A stretch of 64,000 bases of DNA, from positions 215,863 to 279,862 of the forward strand of contig CAWHFW010000004.1 of the NCBI GenBank assembly GCA_963828735.1, given 5' to 3'. The notes under the pieces are model-generated. The model was not told the DNA's origin, ran no database searches, and saw only the letters and a list, made by a program, of their open reading frames with translations. Each line of letters starts with the position of its first letter. The stretch's first letter is position 1. Shown piece after piece: positions 31,417 to 41,865 of this stretch. The stretch comes from an uncultured Gemmatimonadales bacterium. Lineage in GTDB: Bacteria > Gemmatimonadota > Gemmatimonadetes > Gemmatimonadales > GWC2-71-9. Made by a program: the position numbers and the translations under genes.

Positions 31417-33567
31417 ATGCCGGCGAGCCTGGAAGACGCCCGTCTTCTCCTGCGACAGCACTTCGGACACGGGGACTTCCGCCCCGCGCAGGTTCCGGTC
31501 ATTCGCTCGGTGCTGGGCCGCCGGGACACGCTGGCCGTCCTGCCGACCGGTGGAGGAAAGTCGGTCTGTTTCCAGGTTCCCGCTCTCGCGTCCGGCGGAC
31601 TCACGCTGGTCGTCTCGCCGTTGATCGCGCTGATGCAGGATCAGGTCGCGGCGGCGGTCGCGCGAGGCATCCCGGCGGCGGCGATGCACAGTGGGGTATC
31701 CGAGTCGGAGCGGAAGGGTATCTGGCAGACCCTCGAGGCAGGATCCCTTCGACTGCTGTACGTCTCGCCCGAGCGGCTCACCCGGCTCGCGCCGGATTTG
31801 CAGGCGAGAGGACTGCGTCCCTCGCTTCTCGCGGTCGACGAGGCCCACTGCATCGCGGAATGGGGCCATGATTTCCGGCCGAGCTACCGAGCGATCGGCG
31901 CCGCGCGCTATCGCCTCGGAAGGCCTCCCGCCGTGGCGCTCACCGGCAGCGCCACCCCCGAAGTTCGGCAGGACATCGTGCGGGCCCTTCGATTCCGGCC
32001 GCACGAGTACGACGAGCACCTCGGCTCGTTTGACCGTGCCAACCTGTGGTTCGGAGTGGTGCGCGTCCGAAGCGAGCGCGAACGAGTCGCCGCGCTCGTC
32101 CGGCTCCTGGCCGACGACGATCGAATGGTCATCGTCTACGCCCCCACGCGAAGCGTCACGGAGGCAGTGGCCCAGACGCTCGTCCGCGCGGGGCACCGAG
32201 CGGCGCCGTATCATGCGGGCCTTTCCAGGGACCGGCGAGCCAGCACGCTTGAGACATTCCTCGACGACCGGCTCGACGTCATCGTCGCCACCTGTGCCTT
32301 CGGCATGGGCATCGACAAGCCGCAGATCCGAATGGTCGTACATTGGACCCTGCCCGCCACGCCGGAGGCGTACTACCAGGAGGCGGGGCGCGCGGGCCGC
32401 GACGGTGAGTTCGCGCGCTGCGTCCTCCTCTGGCGCGACGGCGATGCGGAGCTACACCGGCGCCAGCTCGACGTCACCTTCCCGCCGCGGGCACAGCTGG
32501 AAACGATCTGGCGGGGAGGCGGGACCTGCGCCGGCATTCCAGCCAACGTGATGGCCTCGGCCGACCGGCTTCGCCGGGAGCTGCGGGCTGAGCGCGGTTC
32601 GGTGGACTGGTCAGCGGTGTCCGAGCGGCGCCGGAAGGCCGAGGCCCGCATCGCGGCGATCGAAGGCTACGCCAAGGGACGCCGATGCCGGCGGCAGATG
32701 CTCGTCGGCTACTTCGGCGAGCGTCTCGAGCGGTGTGCCGGGTGTGACCGCTGCCGGTCGCGCACTGTCGCGGTGCCGCGCGAGCCCGCGGTCGAGGCGC
32801 GACTCACGCGCCTTCGCGCCGCCGTCGGAGCGCGTCGCGGGGCGTGGGGCGCGGCGCTGCTCGAGCCCGAAGTGCTGCTCGCGCTCGCGCGTCGGCCACC
32901 GGCGGATGCCGCCGCGCTGGCCGACGTGCCGGGCGTGGGCCCCTCGCTGACAGCCCGCTGGGGTGGCGCGATCCTCCGGGCACTCGGCACCGACAGCGGG
33001 CGCGAGAGGGTCGTCGAGGCCGTGAGCACGCGTCGAATCGCGCTCGAGGCCTGGCGCCGGCGCGTGGCCAGAGAGGCTGGAGTTCCGGAGTACGTCATCC
33101 TCGGAAACGCTGCCCTCGACTCCCTGGTCGCGAGCCCGTCGCCAACTCTGTCGGGGCTGGGTCCGCGAACGCGGGCCAAGCACGGCGAGGAGCTCCTCCG
33201 CCTCGTCGCGGCGTATCCCCCCGGCTATCTTCTGCCCATGGATCAGGAGGATGCCGAGATCCTCGAGCGGGTCGGAGCCGGCGAGCGGATCTTCCGCCCC
33301 GGGCTGAGCGGGGAGGAGGCTCCCCAGATCTTCGAGGCGCTGGTCAAGCAGCTGCGGGCGCTTCGGGACCGAGGGTTGCTCGACATACCCGAGCGAGGTG
33401 TCGCCTTCGCCGTTTCGGTCGAGGCGAATGCGGACCTGGTAGCGGGGCCCTGCGATGTGACCGAGGCTGGACGAGCGGCGCTGCGGGCGTTCCGCCAGGC
33501 GACGGACGCCGGGATGAGCGCTGGCACGGCGAGCGGCGACAACCAGGCACGCTCATACGTTCCTTGA
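31417..33567 (+). CDS. recQ: RecQ-family DNA helicase with two HRDC-like domains; true end probably ~33215-33240, remainder likely a separate gene
   Basis: LPTGGGKS, DEAHC..WGHDFRPSY, ATCAFGMGIDK, YYQEAGRAGRDG, Zn site CRR..YFGE..CAGCDRC. Confidence 0.9.
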   Translation: MPASLEDARLLLRQHFGHGDFRPAQVPVIRSVLGRRDTLAVLPTGGGKSVCFQVPALASGGLTLVVSPLIALMQDQVAAAVARGIPAAAMHSGVSESERKGIWQTLEAGSLRLLYVSPERLTRLAPDLQARGLRPSLLAVDEAHCIAEWGHDFRPSYRAIGAARYRLGRPPAVALTGSATPEVRQDIVRALRFRPHEYDEHLGSFDRANLWFGVVRVRSERERVAALVRLLADDDRMVIVYAPTRSVTEAVAQTLVRAGHRAAPYHAGLSRDRRASTLETFLDDRLDVIVATCAFGMGIDKPQIRMVVHWTLPATPEAYYQEAGRAGRDGEFARCVLLWRDGDAELHRRQLDVTFPPRAQLETIWRGGGTCAGIPANVMASADRLRRELRAERGSVDWSAVSERRRKAEARIAAIEGYAKGRRCRRQMLVGYFGERLERCAGCDRCRSRTVAVPREPAVEARLTRLRAAVGARRGAWGAALLEPEVLLALARRPPADAAALADVPGVGPSLTARWGGAILRALGTDSGRERVVEAVSTRRIALEAWRRRVAREAGVPEYVILGNAALDSLVASPSPTLSGLGPRTRAKHGEELLRLVAAYPPGYLLPMDQEDAEILERVGAGERIFRPGLSGEEAPQIFEALVKQLRALRDRGLLDIPERGVAFAVSVEANADLVAGPCDVTEAGRAALRAFRQATDAGMSAGTASGDNQARSYVP

Positions 33568-33623
33568 CCAATGCCGAGCGAGGCGAGGGCGGCGAGCGGC
33601 GCCACCCCGACCTCCGCCACTGA
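33238..33623 (+). CDS. Probable separate small hypothetical protein (MDQEDAEILERV...), frameshifted near 33498, with ERR-rich tail
   Basis: TATCTT-N6-ATG; LRALRDRGLL..CDVTEAGRAAL resembles a winged helix; alternative frame gives DGRRDERWHGERR..GGERRHP. Confidence 0.45.
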
Positions 33624-33662
33624 GCGAGCGGACGGCCTTTCCCTTCACCTCACGACAGACCC

Positions 33663-34880
33663 ATGGACGACTCACTCTATTTCACCGAGCACCACCACCA
33701 GGTGCGCGAGATGGTGCGGGAGTTCTCCCAGAGCCACATCGCCCCCGTGGCAGCGGAGCTCGACCGCACGTCCAGCTTCCCGTGGGACAACATCAAGGCG
33801 ATGGGCGAGCTCGGCCTCCTCGGCGTGCCCTGGAGTGAGGAGCTCGGCGGGGCGGGCATGGACCAGCTGTCGTACTACATCACCATTCACGAGATGGGGA
33901 AGGTGGACGCCAGCCATGCGCTCACCATCAGCGCCCACACGAATCTCGGCACGTCGCCCATCGTCGAGTTCGGCACCGAGGCTCAACGCAAGCGCTACGT
34001 GCCGCTCCTCGCGAGCGGGCGCGTCCTGGGCGGCTTCGGCCTCACCGAACCTGGCGCCGGGAGCGACGCGGGCGGCACCGCGACCACGGCGGTGGACAAG
34101 GGCGATCACTACCTTCTCAACGGCTCGAAGATCTTCATCACGCATGCGGGCGTGGGCGAGATCTTCGTCGTCACGGCGCGCACCGAGCCCGGCCGCGGCA
34201 ACAAGGGCATCACCAGTTTCATCGTGACCAAGGACACGGTGGACCTGGAGACGACCCGTGCCCTCGGCATCGGTCACGCGGCGGACATCCCGAAGACGCG
34301 CGGCGTGCGCGCCGGGAAGAAACAGGAAAAGATGGGCTGGCGCGCCAGCGACACGCGCGAGCTCATCTTCGAGGATGCGGTGGTGCCCAAGGAGAATGTC
34401 CTCGGCACGGTAGGTGAGGGCTTCATCAACTTCCTCAAGACGCTCGATGCCGGCCGGATCGGGATCGCGGCCCTCTCCCTCGGAATCGCGGAGGGCGCCT
34501 ACGACGAGGCTCTGCGGTACGCGGGGGTACGCAAGCAGTTCGGCCGGCTCATCGGGAGCTTCCAGGGCGTCAACTTCCAGCTGGCCGACATGGCGCTCGA
34601 GATCGAGGCCGGGACCCATTTGCTCTATCACGCCGCGTGGCTCAAGCAGAATGGCCGCCCGTTCAAGAAGGAGGCGGCGATGGCGAAGCTCTTTTGCTCG
34701 GAGCTGGCCATGCGGGCAACGACGAAGGCTGTCCAGATCTTCGGCGGCTACGGCTACACCACCGAGTACCCCGTCGAGCGGATGATGCGCGACGCCAAGG
34801 TCTGCGAGATCGGGGAGGGAACGAGTGAGATTCAGCGGATGGTGATCGCTCGCCAGATCCTGGGGCAGGTGGTGGACTGA
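33663..34880 (+). CDS. Acyl-CoA dehydrogenase (short/branched-chain type)
   Basis: FGLTEPGAGSDAG, LNGSKIFIT, KMGWRASDT, RKQFG, GGYGYTTEYPVERMMRDAKVCEIGEGTSEIQR. Confidence 0.95.
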   Translation: MDDSLYFTEHHHQVREMVREFSQSHIAPVAAELDRTSSFPWDNIKAMGELGLLGVPWSEELGGAGMDQLSYYITIHEMGKVDASHALTISAHTNLGTSPIVEFGTEAQRKRYVPLLASGRVLGGFGLTEPGAGSDAGGTATTAVDKGDHYLLNGSKIFITHAGVGEIFVVTARTEPGRGNKGITSFIVTKDTVDLETTRALGIGHAADIPKTRGVRAGKKQEKMGWRASDTRELIFEDAVVPKENVLGTVGEGFINFLKTLDAGRIGIAALSLGIAEGAYDEALRYAGVRKQFGRLIGSFQGVNFQLADMALEIEAGTHLLYHAAWLKQNGRPFKKEAAMAKLFCSELAMRATTKAVQIFGGYGYTTEYPVERMMRDAKVCEIGEGTSEIQRMVIARQILGQVVD

Positions 34881-34881
34881 G

Positions 34882-34910
34882 TTGCCCTAACCCCTATCGC
34901 GACATATAAT
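34882..34910 (+). promoter_or_regulatory. sigma70 promoter of the rne/rng gene
   Basis: TTGCCC-N17-TATAAT. Confidence 0.8.
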
Positions 34911-35074
34911 TGGCGCAGGTCTGACGCGTCGGTTTCGCGGGCTCACGTGTGTTCCTGATCGGGCACGCCCCCGGGCCGGCGCGTTCGCATACAGCGGGCC
35001 TTTTCATTCCCAGCGTGCTGCGGCGTTTGGATGCGGAGTGCATGGTGGCGCTCCGCCGCAGCTGAGGGCATCAC

Positions 35075-36803
35075 TTGAAGCGCGAGATCCTGATCAACGG
35101 GAGCCAGCGGGAAACCCGCGTGGCCATCCTGGAAGACGACCGTTTGGTGGAGCTGCTCGTGGACCGGCCTGATCACCGGCGCACGGTCGGCGACATCTAT
35201 CTGGGTCGGGTCGAGGCCGTGCTGCCGGGGATCCAGGCAGCCTTCGTCGACATCGGTCAGGAGAAGAGCGCGTTCCTCCATGCTTCCGACCTGCTCGAGC
35301 CGGACGAGGACGAGGACCCGGTCGAGCAAGCGGAGGACGAGGTGGCTGACGGAGACGCCCGCCGAGACGTCGGCCGATCCGGCCCCGGCCGAGGAGGCCC
35401 CGGGTGAGCGGAAGGGCGGCTGGCGTGCTGGGGATCGCCGCCGGCGCGGGCGCGGGAATCGGGGTGGGGACGGCGGCAACGGCGGCGCCGCCGCGACCGA
35501 ACGCGTGTCCAACGGTGGCGAGTCCCGCCAGCGCGAGATCTCCTCCCGCCGCCCGCTCCCGAACATCCAGGACATCCTCAAGAAGGGGCAAACCCTCCCC
35601 GTTCAGGTCACCAAGGAGCCCATCAGCACGAAGGGCTGCCGGGTCACCGCACAGATCTCCCTCCCCGGACGCTTCCTCGTCTACATGCCGTACGCCTCGA
35701 AGGTGGGCGTGAGCCGGAAGATCGAGAGCCGGGAGCAGCGGTCCAAGCTCCGCGAGATGGTCACCAAGCTCCTGCCGAAGGATGCCGGCGGCGTGATCGT
35801 CCGAACGGTGGCCGAGGGGGTGACCGAGGAGCATTTCCGGCGCGAGATCGACTCGCTGCTGGCGCTCTGGAAGAAGATCAACCGCAAGAAGACGTTCGTT
35901 CGGCGGGCTCCGGCGCTGCTCCAACGGGAAACCAGCCTCACGCGCGGCATCATTCGCGATCTCTTCAGCGCCAAGGTGGACGCGCTGCACGTGGACTCGC
36001 GAGAGCTGTACAACGAGATCGAGCAGTATCTCGCCCAGATCGATCCCGAGCTCATCAACCGGGTGCATCTCTACTCCGAGCCCACTCCGCTGTTCGACAA
36101 GTTCGACATCGAGTCGGAGATCCGCGACCTGTTCAAGGCGCGCGTCGAGCTTCCCACCGGCGGATCGCTGATCATCCAGCCGACGGAAGCGCTCATCAGC
36201 ATCGACGTCAACACGGGCCGGTATACGGGGAAGAAGGATCCGGAGAAGACCATTCTCCGCACCAACATCGAGGCGGCACGAGAGATCGCCCGGCAGATCC
36301 GCCTCCGCGACATCGGCGGCATCATCGTCTGCGACTTCATCGACATGGAGACCCGGTCCAACCGCGACAAGGTGCTCCAGGAGCTGCGCACCCATCTGGG
36401 CCGCGACCGGGCCCGCACCAAGGCGTTGGCAGTGTCCGAGCTCGGGCTGGTGGAGATGACCCGGCAGCGCGTGCGGCCATCGCTCTGGCACTCGATGACG
36501 ACGGATTGCCCGACCTGCGCCGCCAGCGGTCGGGTGTTCACGCCCGAGGTCGTGACCCGGCGCCTCGAGCGGGCGCTCAAGCGCGCCGGACACGAGCACC
36601 GGGAACGCCAGCTGACGATCCGCCTGCACCCCGAGGTGGCGCTCTACCTGCTCGAGGAGGAGCCCAAGCTGCTTCAGACGCTCTCGAAGCTCACCAGCCT
36701 CGACCTGGAGCTCCGCGATGATCCGATGATGCGGCTGGACGAGTTCCGCCTCATGAGCAGACCCGCCGGACGTGACGTGACCGAGCTGTACGCCGTGGCG
36801 TAG
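35075..36803 (+). CDS. RNase E/G family ribonuclease; +1 frameshift near 35351 (likely sequencing error)
   Basis: TTG start MKREILIN, GDIYLGRVEAVLPGIQAAFVDIG; then VQVTKEPISTKG, IDVNTG, LRDIGGIIVCDFIDM, CPTCAASG. Confidence 0.92.
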
Positions 36804-36840
36804 GGGCGGGGGTCCTGAGATTGGCGGGGCAGGAGTCCCC

Positions 36841-36869
36841 TTGCTTCAACCCCATCCGCCGTCTATGTT
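36841..36869 (+). promoter_or_regulatory. Putative sigma70 promoter of rplU-rpmA
   Basis: TTGCTT-N17-TATGTT. Confidence 0.6.
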
Positions 36870-36910
36870 TAGCGGCTAACGTCGTTCCAAACCCAGCAAA
36901 CGGGCATCCC

Positions 36911-37225
36911 ATGTACGCGATTTTCCGGGCCTTGGGCAAGCAGTTCCGGGCCGAAAAGGGCAAGACGATCCGGCTTCCTCTGATGGACGCCGAGGCCGGG
37001 ACCAAGGTCACCTTCGATGAGGTGCTGCTCTCCTCCGACGGTGAGACCATTCGGGCCGGCAGCCCGCTGGTCGCCGGGGCCAAGGTCGAGGCCGAGGTGG
37101 TTGGCATGGGCAAGGAGCCCAAGATCTACGTGTTCAAGTTCAAGCGGCGGAAGAACTACCGCCGGAAGACCGGGCATCGGCAGAAGTACACCGAGGTCCG
37201 CATCACCGACGTCACCCTCGGCTGA
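36911..37225 (+). CDS. rplU: 50S ribosomal protein L21
   Basis: [33 protein letters not shown]. Confidence 0.97.
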   Translation: MYAIFRALGKQFRAEKGKTIRLPLMDAEAGTKVTFDEVLLSSDGETIRAGSPLVAGAKVEAEVVGMGKEPKIYVFKFKRRKNYRRKTGHRQKYTEVRITDVTLG

Positions 37226-37232
37226 GGCACCC

Positions 37233-37502
37233 ATGGCACACAAGAAGGGCGTAGGCTCCAGCCGGAACGGGCGGACCAGCAACCCCCAGTATCTCGGCAT
37301 CAAGCGCTACGGCGGGGAGCAGGTGGTCGCGGGCAACATCCTGGTTCGGCAGCGCGGCACCAAGTTCCACGCGGGCAGGAACGTTCGTCGCGCCAACGAC
37401 GATACCCTGTTCGCCCTGGTGGACGGCGTCGTGAAGTTCGAGTTCAAGGACAAGAACCGGCAGAAGGTCTCGGTCTACCCCGCGGAACAGGCAGCCTCCT
37501 AG
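37233..37502 (+). CDS. rpmA: 50S ribosomal protein L27
   Basis: [38 protein letters not shown]. Confidence 0.97.
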   Translation: MAHKKGVGSSRNGRTSNPQYLGIKRYGGEQVVAGNILVRQRGTKFHAGRNVRRANDDTLFALVDGVVKFEFKDKNRQKVSVYPAEQAAS

Positions 37503-37520
37503 GCCCTGTCCACGCGGTCG

Positions 37521-37552
37521 AAGGGGCGCGGCGTCAGGCCGCGCCCCTTTTT
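37521..37552 (+). terminator. Rho-independent terminator after rpmA
   Basis: AAGGGGCGCGGC-gtcag-GCCGCGCCCCTT-TTT. Confidence 0.88.
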
Positions 37553-37661
37553 CGTGCCTATACTTCCGTATACTTCAGGAGCCGGCCGACGGATGACGCG
37601 ATGGAGGACATCCGGACCAGGCCTCATGTCGTGCGCGGCCACACGATTTCCGGAGGGTGCG

Positions 37662-38045
37662 ATGACGAGATCCACGATCCTAGATCGGCTGAACCAGGAG
37701 CTCGAGCTGTTCGGGCGGAAGGCACAGGCCGCCCTCGACGAGGGCAAGCTGCAGATCGAGCAGATGCGGGTTCGCCGGAGACGGGATAGCCTGGCCCGTG
37801 ATCTGGGCCTGCTGGTGCACCGGCGGGAGCGAGGGAGCGAGGTGGAGCCGCGGCGAGTGGAATCGCTCTTGTCGCGCCTCGACGATCTCGAGGCCGAGCT
37901 CAAGCGGGTGGGTCAGGAACTGGCCGAAGCGCAGCGTCAACGCCCGTCGCGCGCGCCGAGCCAGCCACGTCGACCGCCGGCCGGCGAGCCCAGGAGCTCG
38001 ACCGCCGGTGAGCCGCGAGAGCCGACGGCCGGCGCCACGATGTAG
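37662..38045 (+). CDS. Hypothetical coiled-coil protein
   Basis: RBS GGAGG; helical ILDRLNQELELFGRKAQAALDEGKLQIE; upstream TATACTTC repeated at 37559 and 37569. Confidence 0.65.
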   Translation: MTRSTILDRLNQELELFGRKAQAALDEGKLQIEQMRVRRRRDSLARDLGLLVHRRERGSEVEPRRVESLLSRLDDLEAELKRVGQELAEAQRQRPSRAPSQPRRPPAGEPRSSTAGEPREPTAGATM

Positions 38046-38067
38046 TCGCGGTTCAGGCAGACGCGGC

Positions 38068-38773
38068 TCAGACCCTCGCGGCCGACCCACCCCGGGCCGC
38101 GAGCGCGACCCGGATGCGGTCCGGGTAATTGCCGCACAACCCATCCACGCCCAGCCGCGCGAGATGCTCCAGGTCGCCCACTTCGTTGACTGTCCAGGCG
38201 ACGATGCGGCTCCCGGCCGAGTGCACCGCGTTCACGAGCTCCTGATCCACGAGCTGCCACTCCTGCCAGAGCGTCGTCGCGCCGACCGCGCAGAGCGCGC
38301 CGACCGGATCGTCGAGGTAGGCCGAGAGCAGGATGCCACGCGGTAGCGAGGGCCGCTGCTCGCCGAGCCGGCGGACGATCCGGTGATCGAAGCTGTGGAT
38401 GGCGTAGCGCTGCGGCGCGGGTCCCGCGTCGAGCACCGAGAGAGAGCGCCTGGTCATGCACGCCGGGCAGGCTCTTCACCTCCACCCACACATCGTGATC
38501 GCCCAGGAGCTCCAGCACTTCCTGCAGCAAGGGGAGCGTCTCCCCGTTGCGGATCCGGACCTGCCTGGCTTCCGCCGCGGTCAGCAGCGCGATCGGGCCG
38601 ACGCCGGGAAGATCGGCGTCGTGGTGCACCACGATCGCGCCGTCCCGGGTCGCATGGACGTCGAGCTCGACTCCATCGGCGTCCAGCATGATCGCCCGGC
38701 GGAAGGCGGCGCGTGAGTTCTCGTATTCGTACCCTGACGCGCCGCGATGGGCGATGACGCTCGTTCGTCGCAT
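38068..38773 (-). CDS. Glycerophosphodiester phosphodiesterase; frameshift near 38440
   Basis: IAHRGASG..ENS, GVELDVH, VVHHD, VEVK; then HSFDH, AWTVN, GVDGLCGNYPD in the next frame. Confidence 0.9.
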
Positions 38774-38830
38774 GGCCCCAAAGGTAGTCCCGCTTAACGG
38801 ACCCGTCCAACCAACGTCAACCGGCTCCGG

Positions 38831-39380
38831 ATGAGCGCGCGAGCGACGCCCGATCCCCCGACAGATGCGGCTCTTGCGGCCGCTTACCGACACGGCGACG
38901 AGCGAGCGGCCACCGAGCTCGTCCGTCGCCACGCCGGGGCCCTCGGCCGCTTTCTCTACGCCTCCGGCGCGCCGCCCAGCGACGTGGACGACCTGGTCCA
39001 GGACGCCTTCTTCCGGGCGTTTCGAGGTCTGGGGAGCTGGCGCGGCGAAGCCTCCTTTCGGAGCTGGTTGTTCACCATCGCCGGCAACGTGCTCCGCGAC
39101 GAGTACAGAAGGCGGAAGGGGCGTCAGATGCTCCCGCTGGACGACCGAGACATCGTGGACCGCGCCGATCCCCACGCCGATCTGACCGCCTCCGAGGCCG
39201 AGGCAGCGCGTGCGCGAAGGCCTGGCCCGCCTCCCGAGACTCCAGCGTGAGGTGTTCCTGCTCCGGGTTCAGCAGGGCTCGGCCTACGAGGAGATCGCCG
39301 CTGCGCTCGGCACGACGCCGGGCGCCGCCCGAGTGCACTACCACCACGCCGTAAAGCGTCTGAAGGAGCTGGTCCGATGA
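38831..39380 (+). CDS. ECF RNA polymerase sigma factor; +1 frameshift near 39203
   Basis: DDLVQDAF, FRSWLFTIAGN; region 4 LPRLQREVFLLR..YEEIAAALG..RVHYHHAVKRLKE. Confidence 0.9.
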
Positions 39381-39984
39381 CTATGTGCACCCATCTGTCC
39401 GACCGGATGCCGGAGATCGCGCTCGGCCGCGACCGGTGGACGCGCCGAGGACGAGCGTCATCTGGCGGCGTGCGAGGACTGTCGCGCGGAGTGGGCGATC
39501 GTCTCGGCGGCGAGCCGGGTGGGCCTCTCGGTCTCGCCGACGGATCCGGAGGGGATGGCCGCCCGGATACTGGAGCGCGTGCGCGCCGAGCCAGCGGGGC
39601 GTCCCGTCGCGCGTCCCGCGCCGGGTGCTCGCGGGGCTGGCGGCCGCGGCCGCGGTGGCGCTGGTGGTCTGGGCCGGGCGCAGAGGTCGTGATGCGGCCC
39701 CCATCCCCGAGACCGCGCCGCCGTCGGTGGCGTCATCGCCCGGGACCCCGTCACCGGACACTCCTGCGCAGCCCCCGTCGCCACCGGATGTGGCGAGGGG
39801 AGCATCCGCGGGCGCGCCGGTCGATCTCCCGCTGCCGGAGCTCGACAGCCTGCCGGCGGAGGTCCTCGATTCGATGCTGCGGACGCTCGACGACCCGCTG
39901 GCGCACGTGGGGGCGTACGACCTTCCTCCCGACGAGTCCGGCGATCGAGAGCTGGAGCAAGTGCTCGCCAGCCTGGAGGGCTGA
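39377..39984 (+). CDS. Zinc-binding (ZAS) anti-sigma factor with one TM helix; frameshifts near 39443 and 39600
   Basis: Reconstructed MTMCTHLSDRMPE..ERHLAACEDCRAEW (HxxxCxxC), then LAGLAAAAAVALVVW. Confidence 0.75.
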
Positions 39985-40469
39985 TGCGTACCAACTCGTG
40001 GCTCGCGCTGGCTGTTGCGCTCATCGTCGTGGGCCGTCCCGTGCGGGCGCAGGAACCGACGCCCGATCGCCCTCGCCCGGAGGAGCTGCGGCGTCGCGTG
40101 CGGGAGCACTTCGCGGAACGCATTCAGGAGGAGCTCAACCTCACGACCGACCAGATGCACCGGCTTCGGACCACCGTGGGGGAGTATGGCCAGCGCCGCC
40201 GCCAGATGCAGGGCCGGCAGCGCGAGCTGCGCACGGCGCTTGGCGACCAGCTCCGTCCGGGCATCGCCGCCACCCCTGACAGTGTCGCCCGGCTCACCGA
40301 CGAGCTCGTGGACCTGCGGGTCCGCTATGCCGAGAGCTTCAAGGCGGAGCAGCGGGAGCTTGCCCAGTATCTCGATCCGGTGCAGCGCGCCAAGATCACC
40401 CTCCTTCGCGACCGCCTGGCGAACCGGGCCCAGGAGTTCCGCCGGCGGCGCCCCTTCATGGAACACTGA
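39984..40469 (+). CDS. Secreted Spy/CpxP-like helical protein
   Basis: Signal peptide; ELNLTTDQ and YLDPVQRAK (LTxxQ-like motifs); coupled to the anti-sigma gene. Confidence 0.7.
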   Translation: MRTNSWLALAVALIVVGRPVRAQEPTPDRPRPEELRRRVREHFAERIQEELNLTTDQMHRLRTTVGEYGQRRRQMQGRQRELRTALGDQLRPGIAATPDSVARLTDELVDLRVRYAESFKAEQRELAQYLDPVQRAKITLLRDRLANRAQEFRRRRPFMEH

Positions 40470-40514
40470 GCGGTCCGGCGGTAGATTTCGGGGGTCTCCC
40501 CACAAGGCTCCGCG

Positions 40515-41832
40515 ATGCGCCGCCGCTCGTTGATGACGCTCGCTCTTTTCCTCGCGTCTGCCCCGCCGGTGGCCGCCCAGAGTCCCCTGGTGTATCGCCT
40601 CGCGGTCTCGGGGGTCATCGAGAACGGGCTGGCTCCCTACCTGATACGCGGGCTGCGTGAAGCCGCCGCGGCCAACGCCTCCGCCGTCTATCTCGACATC
40701 GACACCCCTGGCGGGCGGGTCGACGCGGCCGAGCGGATTGCCGACGCCGTGGGCGCGTCCCCCGTGCCCGTCTACGCGTACGTGAATCCGCGCGCGTACA
40801 GCGCGGGCGCGCTGGTGGCCTTGTCGAGCAAGGCGATCTACATGCGACCCGGTGCGGTGCTCGGCGCCGCGACGCCCGTGGACGGCGGGGGGACGAAGGC
40901 CTCCGAGAAGGTGATCTCGGCGATGCGCGGGGAGTTCCGAGCGTTGGCGGAGGCCCGCGGGCTGGATCCGGCCATCGCCGAGGCGATGGTGGACGAGCGG
41001 GTCGAGGTCCCGGGCGTGGACGAGGACGGTCGGCTGCTCACGCTGAGCACGAACGAGGCGCTCCGCGTGCGGTACGCCAAGGGCGCGCCGGCAGGCGAGG
41101 CGGAGCTGCTCGCGGCCATCGGGCTTCCGGGGGCACGCGTCGTCAGCATTTCGCCGAACTGGGCGGAGCTCGTCGTCCGCTTCCTCACCAACCCGCTGGT
41201 CTCACCGCTCCTGCTGTCGCTCGGCGTGCTGGGGCTCGTGTTCGAGATCAAGACCGGGACGTTCGGGATCGGCGGCCTGGTGAGCCTGGTCTCGCTCGGC
41301 CTCTTCTTCGGCTCGAGCTTTCTGGTGGGCCTGGCGGGATGGGAGGAAGTGATCCTCCTGGGCGTTGCCCTCGTGGCGATCGCCATCGAGGTGTTCGTGC
41401 TGCCGGGATTCGGCGCGGCTGGCCTCCTCGGCATTGTCGCGCTCGTGGCCGCGGTGATCCTGGCCATGATCGGAAGCTCGCCGTCGGTCGGGCGACGTGA
41501 CGCAGGCGCTGGTGGTCCTGGGGGCGAGCCTGGCGATCACCCTGGCGGTGGCGTACGCCTGGCTCCGACATCTGCCGAACAGCGGGCGGTTCGCCGGCCT
41601 GTTTCTACGCGGCGGGGCACATCAGGCCGACGGCTACATCGCCGCGAAGCCGCGGAGTGACCTCGTCGGCCAGGACGGCATCGCGGTGACGGACTTGCGC
41701 CCCTCCGGCACGGCCCAGATCGGTCACGAGCGCGTCGACGTGGTCACTGAAGGGGAGTACGTGCCGCAGGGCCGAACGGTGCGGGTGGTGCGCAGCGAGG
41801 GCTACCGGCACGTGGTCCGCGGGCTGCAGTAG
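40515..41832 (+). CDS. NfeD (YqeZ-like) membrane-bound serine protease; +1 frameshift near 41490
   Basis: DIDTPGG, AYSAGA, GAATP, LLTLS, TM bundle with PGFG, C-terminal OB fold TDLRPSG..DVVTEG. Confidence 0.9.
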
Positions 41833-41865
41833 GAACGATCTTTCTCCTTCCTCGAGGAACCTGCC

